Assembly: GCA_951406725.2 (NCBI GenBank)
Contig: OX597828.1
Coordinates: 56,482,001 to 56,546,000 of the forward strand
Source of the DNA: Octopus vulgaris
Taxonomy: Eukaryota
Length of the DNA stretch: 64,000 bases
Direction of reading: 5' to 3'
Position 1 is the stretch's first letter, and the number at the start of each line of letters is the position of its first letter. The translations under genes were made by a program, and so were the position numbers. A model generated the notes under the pieces. That model had not been told where the DNA came from, made no database searches, and saw nothing but the letters and a program-made list of their open reading frames with translations. This document shows positions 23,806 through 38,914 of this stretch, piece after piece.

Positions 23806-26165
23806 TCCCTCTGTGCCATCATCGATTGGCCCGCATCGATTTGTACAACATCTTCCCGGTTCGGCCAGGTCCTTCTTGACGTGGCTGAAGATTGTTTTCT
23901 ATCGCAACATGTTGAATATCCGACAAGGCATCGGTCTGGGCAGCAGCCATCTATGCTAGATCTGGTATTCTCCCGCTATCCAAGATCAGTGTCAGACGTA
24001 TCTGTGTGCGCCCCTCTTGCCAAGAGTGATCATGCGGTCCTGAAGTTCGTCATGCACACAACTTTTTCCACGCCCACGATTACTTCGCTGCCACGTAGAG
24101 TCTTCTCTGCAATTAATCTTGAAATTCTAACCGAGGCTTCCGCGCTACTGGACTGGCGTTCCCTGATGACGTTGTCCTCAGTTGACGAACTATGGTCATC
24201 CCTCAAAGCATATGTAATCTGTTTGACTGACCAGGCAGTTCCCGTTGGACTTCCCAAGAGGAAGAAACACAAGCCCTGGGTGACGAAGAAGGTTAAACGA
24301 GAACGTCGACTCAGAGATATTGCTTGGGCTGAATTCAAAAATCTGGATTCGACTGCAGCTTTTGAGGTGTACAAAACTCAACGAGACCGAGCCGTCAAAA
24401 TTGAAAAGAAAGAACGCTTCATTTATGAATACAAAATCGCGGCAAATGCCAGTAGCAATCCAAAAACCTTCTTTGCCCATGCCCAGCGGAATTCCCGCTT
24501 GAACAACCAGATTGCAACGTTGGTAGACTCAACAGGCGTATCGATTGAGGACCCTTATCAACAGAGTCAATTATTTGCCGAGGCTTTTTCAACTATTTTC
24601 AAACAAGATGATGGTCGTGAACCCCCTCCATTTGATAGATCGGTACCTCTAATGCTTCGATTGATCATCACGCGGGACCAAGTCAAACGTGTTATTCAAG
24701 GCCTCGATGTCAACAAGGGTCACGGCCCTGACGGCATACACCCACGGGTTATCAAAGCGTTGGCTCCGGTCATCTGCGAGCCCTTAACACGACTATTCAA
24801 TATGTCATTGGCGACGGGTGTTATACCTGCAGACTGGAGAACAGCGATAATCTGCCCAATTTTCAAAAAGGAAGCCGCGAAGACCCGCTTAACTACCGAC
24901 CGGTTTCCCTTACATCAATAATCAGCAAGATGTTCGAAACCATCCTTAAGAAAAGTATGATGCTCCACCTCCTAAACACAGCCTCGATCACTGATTCCCA
25001 ACACGGCTTCGTGCCGAAGAGATCATGCTTGACCAACTTACTAGTAATGGAAGAATTGATGACGCGCATCCTCGATGATAGTGATGCTGTTGACATCGTT
25101 TTATTGGACTTTGCCAAAGCTTTTGACTCGGTAAACCACCACCTACTACTTGTCAAGCTTCAAGCATATAGTTTCCATCCGGATATTGTACGATGGGTTG
25201 GTGCCTTCCTCTCAGATCGCTCCTTCCGAGTTCAAGTTAATGGTTCGCGGTCCGACGTCTCCAGTGCGAGCAGTGGCGTGCCTCAAGGTTCAGTGCTTGG
25301 GCCCTTGTTGTTCTTAGTCTTCATAAATAACTTGCCCGACGACCTCACGCAACACACCCTTCTATTTGCCGACGATATCAAACTGGTCGCTCCTCGCGGT
25401 AGTATAGAGGATCTTCGTCGATGCCTCCACCAAATTTGGAAGTGGTCTAACGATTGGGACCTGTGTCTGAACGTGTCAAAGTGCTGTCATCTGCCTGTCG
25501 GCTCTACTCCTGCAACTCAACTTGATTTCGAGCCGGGTCGTCTGCTGCTGGAGAGGACCGATCAGGTAAAGGACCTGGGTATCTTGGTGGATTCCTCCTT
25601 TTCGCCTTCGGCCCAGTGCGTCCATGCTGCCAACAAAACGCGCGGAATTCTGTTTTTGATTCGACGGTCATTCGGAATGCTCACAGCAGCCATATTCCTG
25701 CCACTCTATGTCACGCTGGTGAGACCCATATTGGAGTATGGGATTCAAGCATCTTCTCCTTATCTCCTCAAAGACATACAGCACCTCGAAAGAGTCCAGA
25801 GGCTGGCTACCCGCATGGTTCATGGTCTCAAAAATTTGTCCTACGAAGAAAGGCTGAGGACGCTCGACCTTTGTTCTCTTGAAAAACGCCGCCGCCGTGG
25901 TGATCTCATTCTCGCCCACAACATCATAAGCGGGAAGTGTAACCTCTCGAAAGAGCTGTTCTTCACTCCTGCTCCGGAGCGTCGGCTGCGGGGTCATTCC
26001 GAAAAGCTCTACCTGCGACGATTTCATCTCAATCGAAGGAGAGGAGCTTTCTCCGTCCGGGTTGCGGATCCGTGGAACAAGCTGCCAGACGAGATGGTGA
26101 AGATGCCGACGACCGCTTTGTTCAAAGCCTCCCTGGACCTCAAGTGGCCTGAACTCTTTACATGA
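23806..26165 (+). pseudogene. LINE ORF2 (endonuclease tail plus reverse transcriptase) with a single frameshift
   Basis: GPDGIHP, PIFKK|GSREDPLNYRPVSLTS (1-bp deletion ~24870), QHGF, LDFAKAFDSV, GVPQGSVLGPLLF, LFADD. Confidence 0.93.
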
Positions 26166-26256
26166 ACACCACCCTGTACTTAACTCCATGTCCCCCTACA
26201 TGGCCTTGCTATTTGCTTTTGAGCCAAATTAACTAACTAACTAACTAACTAACTAA
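23806..26256 (+). mobile_element. 5'-truncated CR1-clade LINE with (AACT)n tail
   Basis: End of APE domain (LDLVF, SDH), full RT, CR1-type C-terminus (LRGHSEKL...WNKLP), short 3' UTR with CCATGT/ACATGG stem-loop (26186-26203), (AACT)n at 26231-26256. Confidence 0.93.
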
Positions 26257-26499
26257 TTATGCACGTTTATAATGCTTATACGCTCATTATTACTAATCAA
26301 TGAATTACACTGGATAATGCTGAGGGCATATATTTCTTGGTAAAAATATCAAAGAATATATTCGTCAGACAGATTTTCAGAATATATTGCACTATAGAAT
26401 TTTGTGCATTTGTGTATGTGCATGTGTGTGCGTGTGTATGTATGCGTTTGCGTGTTTGTGTAGCTATGCCTGTGTGAATATATATATATATATACATAT

Positions 26500-26733
26500 A
26501 AAATTATAATAATACTAAGCATATACATAACGGATTGGGTAAATATAATCTTTGAGATGTGAGTAGTGAAATTAGACTTAATAAATCTCATAAAAATAGG
26601 GATGATACTGTTATTAATATTTTGACATCTAATGTATTTAATAATATACAAATTAAGTATGTAGGAAAATGTCGTGTGAATCTATAGTCAAAAATTAATT
26701 CGAATAATATGCATATCTTAAGTAGGTTTAATG

Positions 26734-26803
<70 letters not shown>

Positions 26804-27540
26804 GTTTAAATTTAAGAATAGAAAATATATTCTGTTTGTTAATTTTGAAAAATCGGAAAATAACTTTGATAAAGGTAATAAGATGTGTTTTATTATTCCT
26901 TTTGCAAGACAAATAAAAACAAATTTTCTTAAATCTTTCTACAGATATATATATATATATATGGGAATATAAATATGATAGAATAATTAACAATAAAACG
27001 GTTAGAATTGTTATTTCAGTATCTAAAATTTTATTGCGAAATATCTCTTCGAAAAATAGCAATAAATTAGATACTTTTCATATTAATAACTAAAACCAAG
27101 AATGGACGTAATCTAAATCATGTAGCAAGAACTTTTGATTGTAGGTTTAATGATAAATGTTATTTCAATAATTTTTGTATTCAAAAGACTCTTATATACA
27201 AATGTCGAGTAGAATCTGAAGGAAATATTTAATATTAAATTGGGTCAACAGTTAATTTCATGAAACGACGTATTGCAAACCATTAATATAGAAACAGAAA
27301 TAAGCTGTGTATAAACAGTTTAAGTAAAGATATATGTAAATTAAAGGATAATGATAAACTGTATAAGGTTAAATGGAAAATTCTAGATATTACAAAACTG
27401 CTGATAATGTTTAAGTCTTCAGGATATAGGTTTCGAAAATATAATTATATTGAAGTGATTATTTGGAGGATAATTGGATATAAAACTACATCAATTTTTG
27501 ATAGTTAAATGTTATATCATAATATAACTTTTAGAATGTG
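26500..27540 (+). mobile_element. Decayed AT-rich Penelope-like remnant (GIY-YIG region)
   Basis: ~27195-27390 translates YKCRV...IGSTVNFMKRRIANH...LSKDICKLKD...YKVKWKIL with stops. Interrupted by (TAA)n and (TA)n. Confidence 0.65.
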
Positions 27541-28084
27541 CATATATATATATATATATATATATAGCTAGATAGATAGATAGATATATATATAGATACA
27601 TACATATATATATAGATAGATAGATAGATATATGTGTATGTATGTATCTATATATATAGCGGCATGCATATATGTATATATCTATTTTTTCATCTGCAAG
27701 CTATTTATTTGTATACGTGTGTGCATGTGTATGTATATATAGATATATATGCGAAAGTGTATACTATTATTATTCTTATTATTCAGTAAATCGATTGGAA
27801 TCATTTACTTACTATCAATATTTTATTAAGTAATATTATATTAATGATTTATTAATGTAAAGGTATATTGTGAGTAAATAATATTAAAATAATTCCATTA
27901 TATTATAATTCTGTACTAGCTATAATTACTGAAAATAGCAGGTTTTCAAGTTGTACAGTTTATAATCATAAATAAAAGTATAATTTTATTTTATTTTATT
28001 ATTATTTGTGTTTTACTTTTATTTTTATCTGAATATATATTCAAATATATGGGTATATATATGCATATCTATGTACATGTATAT

Positions 28085-28130
<46 letters not shown>

Positions 28131-28338
28131 TTGTGTGCGTGTGTGTGTGCGTGTGTGTGTGTGTACTGATATCTGCATATATGTATCTGTTGACTCATAT
28201 TTGTGAATTATCAAATATTTAAGTATTTGAATAAATGAATACTGGTATATATTATGTCTTTATAAATGTATATACATATATATGTATGGATATATCTGTG
28301 TTTGCGTATATGTGTATATATATGTATATATACATACA

Positions 28339-28379
<41 letters not shown>

Positions 28380-28916
28380 ACGCATGTATGTGTGTGTCTC
28401 AGTGTGTGTATGTGTGTGCATTATAAATATGAAGGTATGTTATATTCCTCTAGTATAATGAGTCCTTTTAGTACAGATAAAGAGCAATTTTGATAATGAC
28501 ATTGAAGCCTTGAGGAAGTTTTAAATTATGTTATTTTACGTCGAATTATCTTAAATTTAATTATATTAATTTATATGAAATTTTATAGTAGACCCTATTC
28601 TGAATATTATATATTTCTAGTATAATATTATGAAAGCATTTAGTTATATACATATTGATTTAAATTGCATTATTTCCCTTGAAAATAAGAAAGTTTTATT
28701 TATTTGCGTAAAAATTAGTATAGAATAAATTTATTCTTGCAGAAATATTATTCATTGTACGTAATATTAAAAACATACTTTGTAAATTAATTTTGTGAAA
28801 TTCTGTCCGTTCTATTCCTCTGTAAGTGTAAATGCATATAAACACTGCGATGAGACTTTTCCTCTAAAAATTAAGTAATTTCAGTTTTAGGTTTAAATAT
28901 TGCTATTTACCCATAT

Positions 28917-29210
28917 GTGGAGGCGCAATGGCCCAGTGGTTAGGGTAGCGGACTCGCGGTCGTAGGATCGCGGTTTCGATTCCCAGACCGGGCGTTGTGT
29001 GTGTTTATTGAGCGAAAACACCGAAAAAGCTCCACGATGCTCCGGCAGGGGATGGTGATTCCTGCTGTACTCTTTCAGCACTCTTTCTCTCTTTCTTCTG
29101 TTGGCCTGCTCGCTTAGCCAGCGGGGTGGCGTCATTCGAAGGCTAAAACAATGCGAACGCATTGTGACCAGCGATGTGTCGCAACATCTGATGGTCTGGT
29201 CGGTCACGTG
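28917..29210 (+). mobile_element. tRNA-derived SINE family C, full length, 12-bp TSD
   Basis: TSD ATTTACCCATAT at 28905-28916 and 29211-29222. A box TGGCCCAGTGG, B box GGTTTCGATTCCC. Confidence 0.92.
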
Positions 29211-29889
29211 ATTTACCCATATATATAAATTGTGTATCGTTATTTTCATAGCATTTACTTTTTAATAATATGAAAGGCGTATTTTTTTTATTTAGTCATG
29301 GTTTATTAAATATGTTTTTAAAATTTTGTTCCTGGTAATTCAAAAATCTTATCGGCTAAGATACATTGAAACTAAAACACTTAATAGTATACAGATTTAT
29401 TTTATGGCCGTTTCATTAGCTTATTTTTATCTTTGTTTTCATTTTATATTATTGATGCCCACGTTGAAAAACAAATGTATATTTTGTTGTGTCTGGGGAG
29501 AGTCATTTTTTTTTGTACCGTATAATGTAAACACACTCACCGGTAAAATTTCCACTTTTTTCTTATTTTTATTTTCCTAAAATTTTCGTTGCGTCTTGCA
29601 ACCATTTCAATAGTCTTGACCATTATTTACACTGCGTTCCTTTTTTGCTTGTTTGTGCGCACATGTGTGGGTCAGTATGTGTGTGTGTGTGCCTATGCGT
29701 GCATGCATGTACGTATGTATGTGTATATGCATGTATGCATGTGTATGTATGTATATATGTGTGTGCATCTGTATGTATGTATCCTGTATATTCATGTGCT
29801 TGCATGTCCGTGTTTGTGTATCTTCTATGTATGTGTGTGTGTGAGCGTGTGTTTGTATATCTATGCACCTCTGTCTCCTTGTGTGTGCA

Positions 29890-29929
<40 letters not shown>

Positions 29930-31219
29930 GAAACTATGTACCATGTTTGTATATATGGATGGATGTGCATCTCTATATGTGTGGATTCGTGTCTCCATAT
30001 GTGTCCTTGAGTGGAATAAAGTGTGTGTGTATATATGGTCATGTATGTCAGTCTCCATTTGCGTATGTGTGCTTGTCTGTTCTTGTAACCTATGTACCTA
30101 TCCGTCTGTATGTTGATCAGTTTATTTTCATATCCATATGCTTACATATAAAAAAGTGTATATTTAAATTGGATCTGTGAATCCTTATATATATAATAAT
30201 TACACAAATGAGAGAATCTTGCCGACAAACAATGGATTTTTATAATTTTATTATGGGTAAGAATCGAAACAATTGTCATTAATTTCTCTTTAAAATATAT
30301 TGTTTATTATATTATGTTATATCATTATAAGAATAAAATATCATAGTTTTATGCTAATAAATTTTCGATTTTAATTTTTGCATTGGCAATTGTTAAACAT
30401 GTTTCCCTTTTCTATTCATTAATATATAAATATATTTCTGTTTATCTGTTTTCTCAATTAGAGTAAAACTTTGATGAAAGTACTTATCGTTATACAGCAT
30501 GTCGAAATTCGATAATGTTATATTTAAGAATTATGTACTTCCGTGCAATGTACACGGGGTCAGCGGTAAACCCAGAGGCCCCTGCTTAGGCAGTGCCATG
30601 GCTGAAATCATTAGACATAATTTTAGAAGAAAGCAACTTGAATCATTACATCAGTATTTACTTTTGAACTTAGTGCATAGAGTTCATTTAATTCCTACTT
30701 GAAACTTTACAATAATATTTAATTATTCACTTAATAAGGAACACAAACAGTCATTCGGTGCCTTCAAGTCGCTGGTGAATACACAGTGAATACGATTTCC
30801 ATAAATGTTTCTTGCATCGAAATGTGCACCAATTAGACGATGCACTCGAAATATTACAATTGATTGAGAACCAATCTCATTTCAGAATTATGTAACACTT
30901 GATATTATTATAATAGGACATCTCTATATTAAGCCATTCATCTATCACCTTGAATACTGTTTTCTTTCGGGCTTCAAGAAAGACATTCAAATTGCTTACC
31001 CAATGTATACCCAATGCCGGTAAGACTTATATATTCCCACTATTTTGTAACGTTAGAGTATTGTTGTCATTAACAAAATTGAACCTTAAATAGATACGAA
31101 AATAAATATACAAATGACAGAACAGTGGTGACAACAACATATATCCGCACTCAATATAATATTAGGTTTTATTTTCTCATGAAATGTTATATTTTAAAGG
31201 TAATAATAAAATGTTTCAT

Positions 31220-32200
31220 AAGCGTTAAAGAACTGATTTATTTAATCAAAGTATGATCCATGTTCATTATTGACGTTCAGCCAACGTTTCTCTCTGTCAT
31301 ATATTCCATATTTAAAACAAAATTCATCTTTTGCTGTGATAAACTGTCCGAATGCTTCAATTAACTTTTATTTATTTAAGAATGATTTATTGCTTCTGAA
31401 AAGCTCAAAATGCTTAAATAAGTAATGATTAATAGGATAGATATCAGAGGAATGGTGAGAATATTGCAAAATCTCATAATTCTGCCTGTGCCACTTTTTG
31501 GACCGTGCATTGTCGTGGAGAAAAATCGGGCCGTCCCTATTCAGTCGTGTGGGTTGCTTCTTTTTCAAATTCTCATGCATGCAATCAATTTCCTGACAAT
31601 TTAATGTTGTTGTTACCGTTCTTTCTTGTTGCAAAAATGAATAATGTGTAACTCTTTTCGCAGATAACCAATAGTGGGTTTGGGTAGTGTTTAGGTGACT
31701 TTCCTGAATATAAGCACTGTCCTGTTCTCCTGCTGTTGTCAAAGATTACACATTGCTCAGCACTAGTAATGATTTGATGCAAAATGGTATTTTCCGAGTC
31801 GTGTCGAGAAAGCAATAAGGGGCACACTTCGAGGCGTGTTTTTTTAATCTCGTTCAGTCGATGTGGAACAAATCTATCCGTTTTATTGACTTTTCCAACT
31901 TTTTACAGGTATCAAAAAACAGTTGTGCGAGATGTTTGGATTTCTGATGGAGGTTTTCGAACCTTTCTTCTCGGATTTTGTTCAACCGAAGCATATCATC
32001 AATCATGCCGAATAACTGATTTTGACCTACCCCTCTGAACCAGAGCTTTGGAACCATCTCTGAACACTTCTGATATCAACAAAACGATTACCAAAGGCCC
32101 GCTTGATATTCCATAGATCTTCTGCTGCAAAGTGACTGAGTTTGTACTCATACGAGAAAATCACGCAACATAGTTTGGTTGTTATCCTTTTCATAAGGCA
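31220..32200 (-). mobile_element. Decayed mariner transposon
   Basis: Fragments YEYKLSHFAAE...SVQRWFQ, IITSAEQCVIFDN, NRDGPIFLHDNAR and SSDIYPINHYLFKH in shifting frames. Confidence 0.85.
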
Positions 32201-32936
32201 TATAGCTATGGATTCTGTATACCAATATTGTTGGGAAAGATAAAGAGTCAAGATTAAATGCAAGGTATATAATATTGAGATTGTAAATGACAGAAATAAC
32301 AAGTAATTAAAAATGCAACATTTCATGAGAAACAACCTACTATATATTTTAGCATAAAAGGACAAAGTAACATCTGTGAATTTCTCTAAAACAAACTGCC
32401 ATAACTTACATGCAGATGAATAGCCACGTATGTGACTCAATACATTGTGATAGACAGGTCAAGTGTGAAACGGTCAGTATGAGGCCAGTGATATAATTCC
32501 AAAGACACCAACTGTGACGTTGAATGAGTTCGATAAAATTAAAATAAATAAAAAGAAAAAATAGAAATGTGTTTTCAAGACGTAGTCTTCCTCAAATAAC
32601 TACGTCTATAGGGATGTATATAAACAAACTATCAGAACTATCATCTTACCTACCAACAATAATTTGATAACGTGAAAAGAATTTTTGAAAAAAGTTTTGA
32701 AAATAATTGTTGATACTTTGTCAATGCGGTGGTAATAAAAATATGTGAATATCGCAATAGGATAAACAGAAGTAGGAAATGGCAAATATACATGGAATTA
32801 CTCTATGGAGCTTCTTTTTAAGATATATTCATAAATATACAAGTTTTAATCCTCAAAATATGAGAATCATTTTAGAAATATTCAACTCTTTTTTTTACCT
32901 ATCTTTCTTTCTTTGTCCTCATCTGTATATACATAT

Positions 32937-33003
<67 letters not shown>

Positions 33004-33207
33004 CATATATATAAATATAAAGGGGGCAGCGATGCACCATTAACCAGCTGGCGGAAGATCTGCCTAGGGTTAAGTTAGTAGTAACATGGAATAGCTACTG
33101 TGATGTGGCGATTAAGTTTAATTGTTAGTATAGTTACTAATCTGATTTCTCCTTGATATTTTACAACCAGCTAGTTTGGTCATATATATATATATACATA
33201 CACACAT

Positions 33208-33240
<33 letters not shown>

Positions 33241-33241
<1 letters not shown>

Positions 33242-33418
33242 GCCATGTTAGACCGTTAGCCACTACACACATTTTTTTCTCTACTTGTTTTCTCTGTGTC
33301 CCTTTCTGTAGAGGAGCGTAGGCTCGAAACGTAAAAGACTTTCTCACTTTCCAAAGTGTCAAACTATTACACGTGCTTGTTGATACACCTGTGTTTTGAT
33401 TTTCTATATATTTTAACT
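33241..33418 (+). mobile_element. Short Penelope-like 3'-terminal fragment with variant hammerhead copy D (33302-33337)
   Basis: Homologous to 14492-14676. CTTT CTGTAGA G GAGC-GTAG-GCTC GAAA CGT A AAAG. (TA)n on both sides. Confidence 0.75.
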
Positions 33419-35924
33419 ATATATATATACACATGCATACGTAAGTACATGCAAATATATACATAAACACATCCACGAGTATGATTGTGTGATAAGAGTA
33501 ACAATCGAACGACGCGTTGTCATAAATCAATGGTTACTAGTTACAGTGATTTGACTGAAAGGTAAAGATTACTTATTCTAGCACTATTACTAACAGCATT
33601 CCGAGATCTTTGGATACAGTATACATACAAACGAGTCATTCTGGGTACTAATGGAAAACTCAGGTTAGTAGGGACTGAGATTTGTTTTCTCAGTAGTAAC
33701 TTTATTTTGGTGATACTGAACAAAACCTAACTAGAGTAAAATGAAAAAAAAATGAAGTTATATGCAAATACATCTATCATAATGTAAAGTATGGTATTAC
33801 GGATACGATAATAATTTCTCTGGAAAAATCGTTTACATGCACAACGGTAATACACTCACATATACCATGCGGCTAATTCGTTATAGCTTCTCACTATAAT
33901 CTAATGCAGCTTTGAGTAGGTTCCTTCAGCTGAATTTTATAACAGCGCAGCATGTATTCGCTGGAAATGCTATAGATTTATCATATATTTGACACCTCAA
34001 AATTATATGCTTATAGTGTATATATGAAACATCCAATGTGTGCTCAGCAGAAAGAGATTATTTTACATACGATATTGTACTTGGTATCGGTGGTTAATTA
34101 TCATTGCATATTCCACATCAAATAATACACAGAATTCTATGGCTTTACTTAGAGATAGTTTTCTGGCATATATGAATGTGAAACTAAAATCAAACTCATA
34201 CTGCTCTTGAAAAATATTCATATTTTCGATCTAGTTTTATAAAAATAAGTTTATATTTTATTTTCTTAATGTTTATCTTCCAAACATGTATTCGATTTAT
34301 TTATTTTGAATCAGTTATATGTATGTTTGTACGTATATGTGTGTTTATGTAATTATGTATGTATGCATGCATGTATATTGCATATTTGTTTTTCCTATGT
34401 AATGCAAGTCATATGCAGAATCAATGCAACACATCTGCATTCAATGCGCTGTAAAGATATTTTTTTCGTTTCTTCATTATCATGGAAGACATATTTCAGA
34501 AAATCATATTTTTCAATTGAATTGCTATAAATGAAGTCGAGAGCTTTTTGAAAGACAGGTTTAATGTATTTTAGAAATAAGTACGATTGGAATTTAGAGC
34601 AAAAACAGTGTTTAATAGCTACGAGAGAAATAACACAAAATTAGGGATTATTCATTTATGTTGGTAGTCAATGTTACTATAACAACCAATTTAATAAAAG
34701 TGTTGAACAGCTAACAAAAGAAGTTTAACAGACAGACATGAATGTGTATGGTAGCGAACTTACACTAGCATACAATATATATTTCAATAAGGAAATTTTT
34801 ATTTTTCACCAAAAGTTTTATAATTTCGATGAGCGTGTCTGCATATCATTACGTGTTATACGGCTTCATTATTGCAGTTAGGGAAATATTGTAAATCGTA
34901 TATTAGTTTTATCTTCATGATCCAAGTTTTACAATGGTTCTTAGTGATGTAAACGATGCTGTATTAACGTGACATCGAATTTAATAAAGTTTCCGAAACA
35001 ATCCTTGATATAAGACAGGAAATTGGGGAGAATGCTAAGCTATAAATAATAAAAATCCATCTGTAAGTAATCACTTGGAGATGAGATACTAGAAACGTAC
35101 ACACACATATATGCCTATGCATGTATGTATATATATATTTTTTTTCGTAGTGACTTCCTTCATCCTATTGTTAAAGCATGACACATGTCTTTAAATTACT
35201 CTATGGCTTTAATTGTCTTTTTCTAAAATATTCGGGATTTTGTACTCTTCCTTAACGTTCTTCTGATTGTAATTCTAACTTTATAAAATGAGAAAATATA
35301 ACGTGAAACGAGGTGCTTCAGATTTTCAGATTTTGAGATAAATTACTCTTCACAAATTTTGCAGACTATCAATTTGTAAACCTGTTCTATTTTGCAGAAA
35401 TTTTCATTTCGCCAGCGTTATAACCTATAATTACAAAAATTATTTTCATTCCCAAGAAAAACGCAAAGCAGCTAGAGAAATCAGCAAAATATTGACATTA
35501 AACGTCTGCCATTCTAAAGGTAACCAGATTATTAATTTCCTAAAGCCAAGATGTGGGCGTCTTAAGTATGCTTCCTTTCGCAAGATTTTCAATGAACGAT
35601 GAAGAACTGGTGCTGCGATCAAGCCTGCGTTTCACTCATACTATTAAAACAGAGCGCATCAAAAACAGTATCTCGTCGTTTATTGCTGTACGTTAAAAAG
35701 CATTGGGTATTTCATATTTGTATTGTGATAGGTCATCTTTCTTCAACAAATAAGCATTCAATTACCACTTGTAAGTTTTCTTTACATTTTCGCCTTCTCC
35801 CACTATATCGTGTTCCTTACGAATTTTGATGCATCGTTAATATTACCAAATTCATTAAGACTCATTTGATCTCAATAGCAGATTGCTCATTCACGTTCTT
35901 GCAAACAAAGACAATATTTACAAA

Positions 35925-38050
35925 ATCTGGATGGGATATTAATATTCCAAGCTGGTGTGTGCGAACTCTGTTTTATTACAAGAGTGAATGTAGGCCTGGA
36001 AGACGCACTGCCCTTGTTGCCTGCGAAATGAGCCGATATGACATAAGTACATTTTTTTTTTCAAAGACGTGTTTGGAAGGTGACGTTCAGCTTGAGAAAG
36101 TAGGGGGAAGCTACACTATTTCTAAAAATGGAAACCAAAGGAGGAGAATAGGGCGACTGAATTCGGTTTACCGGTTTGATTTGACATACTTTAGAAGATG
36201 GAGGTTTCTGTCATTATGAATTAGCGTTTCATGACACAATGTCTACACAGGAAGGGTTGCCGATTTAATACTCTAAGTACCTTATATCCAACTCTGGCGA
36301 CGATGAAACTATACTCTACGCCCAGCTGAGAGCTGTGCAAAGGAATTCCCCATATCAGAGAAAGTCATTCTACTGGGTTGTTTCAATGCCAAGGTTATAA
36401 CAGATTGGCAAACATGGAACTCACATACGCATTTCAGTGTAAGGAAGGTGAATAGCAATGGCCTTATGTCCTACAGCTTTGAGATGAATATGGCCTTTAC
36501 ATTGCAAGCACTGAATTTATGCCCAATTGTAATCACACTACAACATTAATGCGCTCGAGGTCAAAGTTTAGGAAGTTGCTGGATTATGTTATTCTCAAAA
36601 AATTCTCAAAACTGATGCTTACAAGATTAGTAATGACAAGGCCGTTCATAAATCACAGTGCTGGAGAGAGCATGGCTTGGTATAACAAATTACCGGATTG
36701 CAATTAGAGGGAAAGCCGAGGGCCTTTTGGTATTCCTAGACGCCTGGATGTCATTATATATATGATTCTACTGTGAGGAAGTAGCTTCCGAATTGTTTAT
36801 CAAGGATTGTAAGTATTACAACTTGTGGGTAGTTTTGAGTTCATGATCTTCAATGCAATGCTAAAAGACATGAATATGCTACAGGCAGTCGTATGGAATT
36901 GTTTGATGAGAATGATGCTAAAGTTCAGAGATTTCCCTCTGCAAATTATATGCAGTACTGCACAAAGTGTTATTGGTTGTGCAGTAGAATCTATCACATA
37001 TACATTTTAAGGGTACGAAATTACTGTCTAAGTCTGCATAGTCTTCCTTGCTTTCCAAGCAAGGCTCTACGCTACTTACTAAATCAACAGAAATCACAGA
37101 TCGCTGGATTGAACATCTTTTTGAATATATAAACCCCGAGTCGGTTGTAGATGATGCTGTACTTGGCACTATTCAATAAACACTCGTCATTAGCAACGTG
37201 GACACTGCACACTGAATGGAAAAGGTAGCAACAGCAATAAGAAACTCGAAAATTTGTAAACAATGCTAAAGACGGCATTTATGTTGAAGTCTTAAGCATT
37301 GGCGATGGCGGTATCAGAGAGAATCTTCATGATATTATTTATGTCGTCTGGAGAGATGATGTTGTTTCCAGAGACTGGAAATCTGCAATTATCCTTTGTC
37401 CCTATAGAGGAAAGGGAGTCAGAATAAACTGTGGAAACGAGAAACGTATTGCTCTGCTCTCTGCTGCAGGAAACGTTGAATAAATACTTGAATAGCTGAA
37501 ATTATACCTCTGAAATAACTACTTTGTAAGTAACGTCCTATCTGATTCTGAATGTGACTTTCATTCTGGCAGAGGTACAATGAATATGAATTTTACTGGA
37601 AGATTATTTCAGAAATTGTGCTATGTGCAGAAATTGGATCCCATTCAGGATTTTCTGTCATTTAACTAAGGCCTGCGATTCCAATTTCATTGGAAGTTAC
37701 TCAGAAAAAATGTGGTTGCCCAAGCCATTTGATGTCGATAAATAAATTATTTCTTTCTAGCATGGAAGCCTGGTTCAATATCAGTAGTTTCAGTCAAAGT
37801 GACATACCCCAACTCTATTTTCCTTGCGTTTTACTTCTATCATAACCCATGCTTTTGCTGTGGATTGCCCTTCTTGGGTATAAATGAAGTCCCGATCTGC
37901 TGATCGTCCCTTCAGCTTGCGTCAATTCTTTGCCAATTTGAAAGATTCTCAGATACGTATTCATGTCCTCTTTTACGTGGATAATTGCTACTTAGTTACT
38001 CCTATAATCAAGGATAGGCGAATTTTCATGGATCACATTTCTGCATCTTC
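35925..38050 (+). mobile_element. Decayed RTE-clade LINE (APE plus partial RT)
   Basis: SWCVRTL...RPGRRTALVACEMSRYDI...QLEKVGGSYT, WEDDVVSRDWKSAII, YRGKG, IALLSAAG, FHSGRGTMNM; many stops. Confidence 0.8.
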
Positions 38051-38422
38051 TTATTTGTGTGTGTATGTGTATGAGTGTCCGTATGTCTGTGGTGTGTATG
38101 TGCTGTACGAGGGATCTAAAATTTCGTCTGAAAATGCATTCAACAGGTGTTGATATTTAACGTAGTACAACAGAGGATGGTCTCTTCAAATGGTGGGTGC
38201 GATAAGGTTGTACTTCGCATTCCTTAAAAATTCAATTTTAATTCCAATTGGTAACACTCATGCAGTGAAAGGTATTGAGTTCTCCAGTCAGTTAATGTAA
38301 TAGAGTTGTTAAACCGCGTATGAAATAACTCCAATATTTCACACATACAGACAAACATATTCACTTTCACTCAATCTGTCTCTCATATACACACGCACAT
38401 ACATGCACACACACATGCACAA

Positions 38423-38489
<67 letters not shown>

Positions 38490-38914
38490 TATATGTATAT
38501 ATATATATATATATATGTATGTTTGTATGTATGTATAATGTAAATTATTGTCCTTAACTCGCATTCTGTTACTTATTTCCGAGGATTGCCTCTTGACATA
38601 TTCGATGCAATACGTAGATTTTCTGTAGATCTGTGTCTAGGAACACTTCAATATCTGCCGCCCTCTATAATCATTCTTGCAAACATGCATTTTACGTATT
38701 TCATCATTGTCTATCTCTGGAGAATATACAGCTATTGCTGATTCCTAACCTTTCAGAAGTTAAATTAGTTTTCAATTTTCCATGTAGTTTACCTATATAA
38801 ATTTGCGTTTAAATGGCAAATCTAACAAGGGTGAAGTATTCGGAAAAGTATTTCTTGTATGCCATTCTACTAGAATGTGTGATCGGCCTTTTCCATTGCT
38901 TCATTAAACAGATA

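Noticed and set aside
25668-26189. 173-aa antisense ORF
   Set aside because: Shadow ORF opposite the GC-rich LINE RT; no independent signal.
28917-28995. Possible tRNA gene
   Set aside because: It is the tRNA-derived head of a TSD-flanked SINE; no convincing acceptor stem or terminator.
30225-30285. GAATCGAAACAATTGTC, 3' half of a hammerhead
   Set aside because: No recognisable CUGANGA half; at most a decayed relic.
35380-35720. Possible Tc1 N-terminal remnant
   Set aside because: Only vague HTH and GRP-like fragments, no TIR identified.
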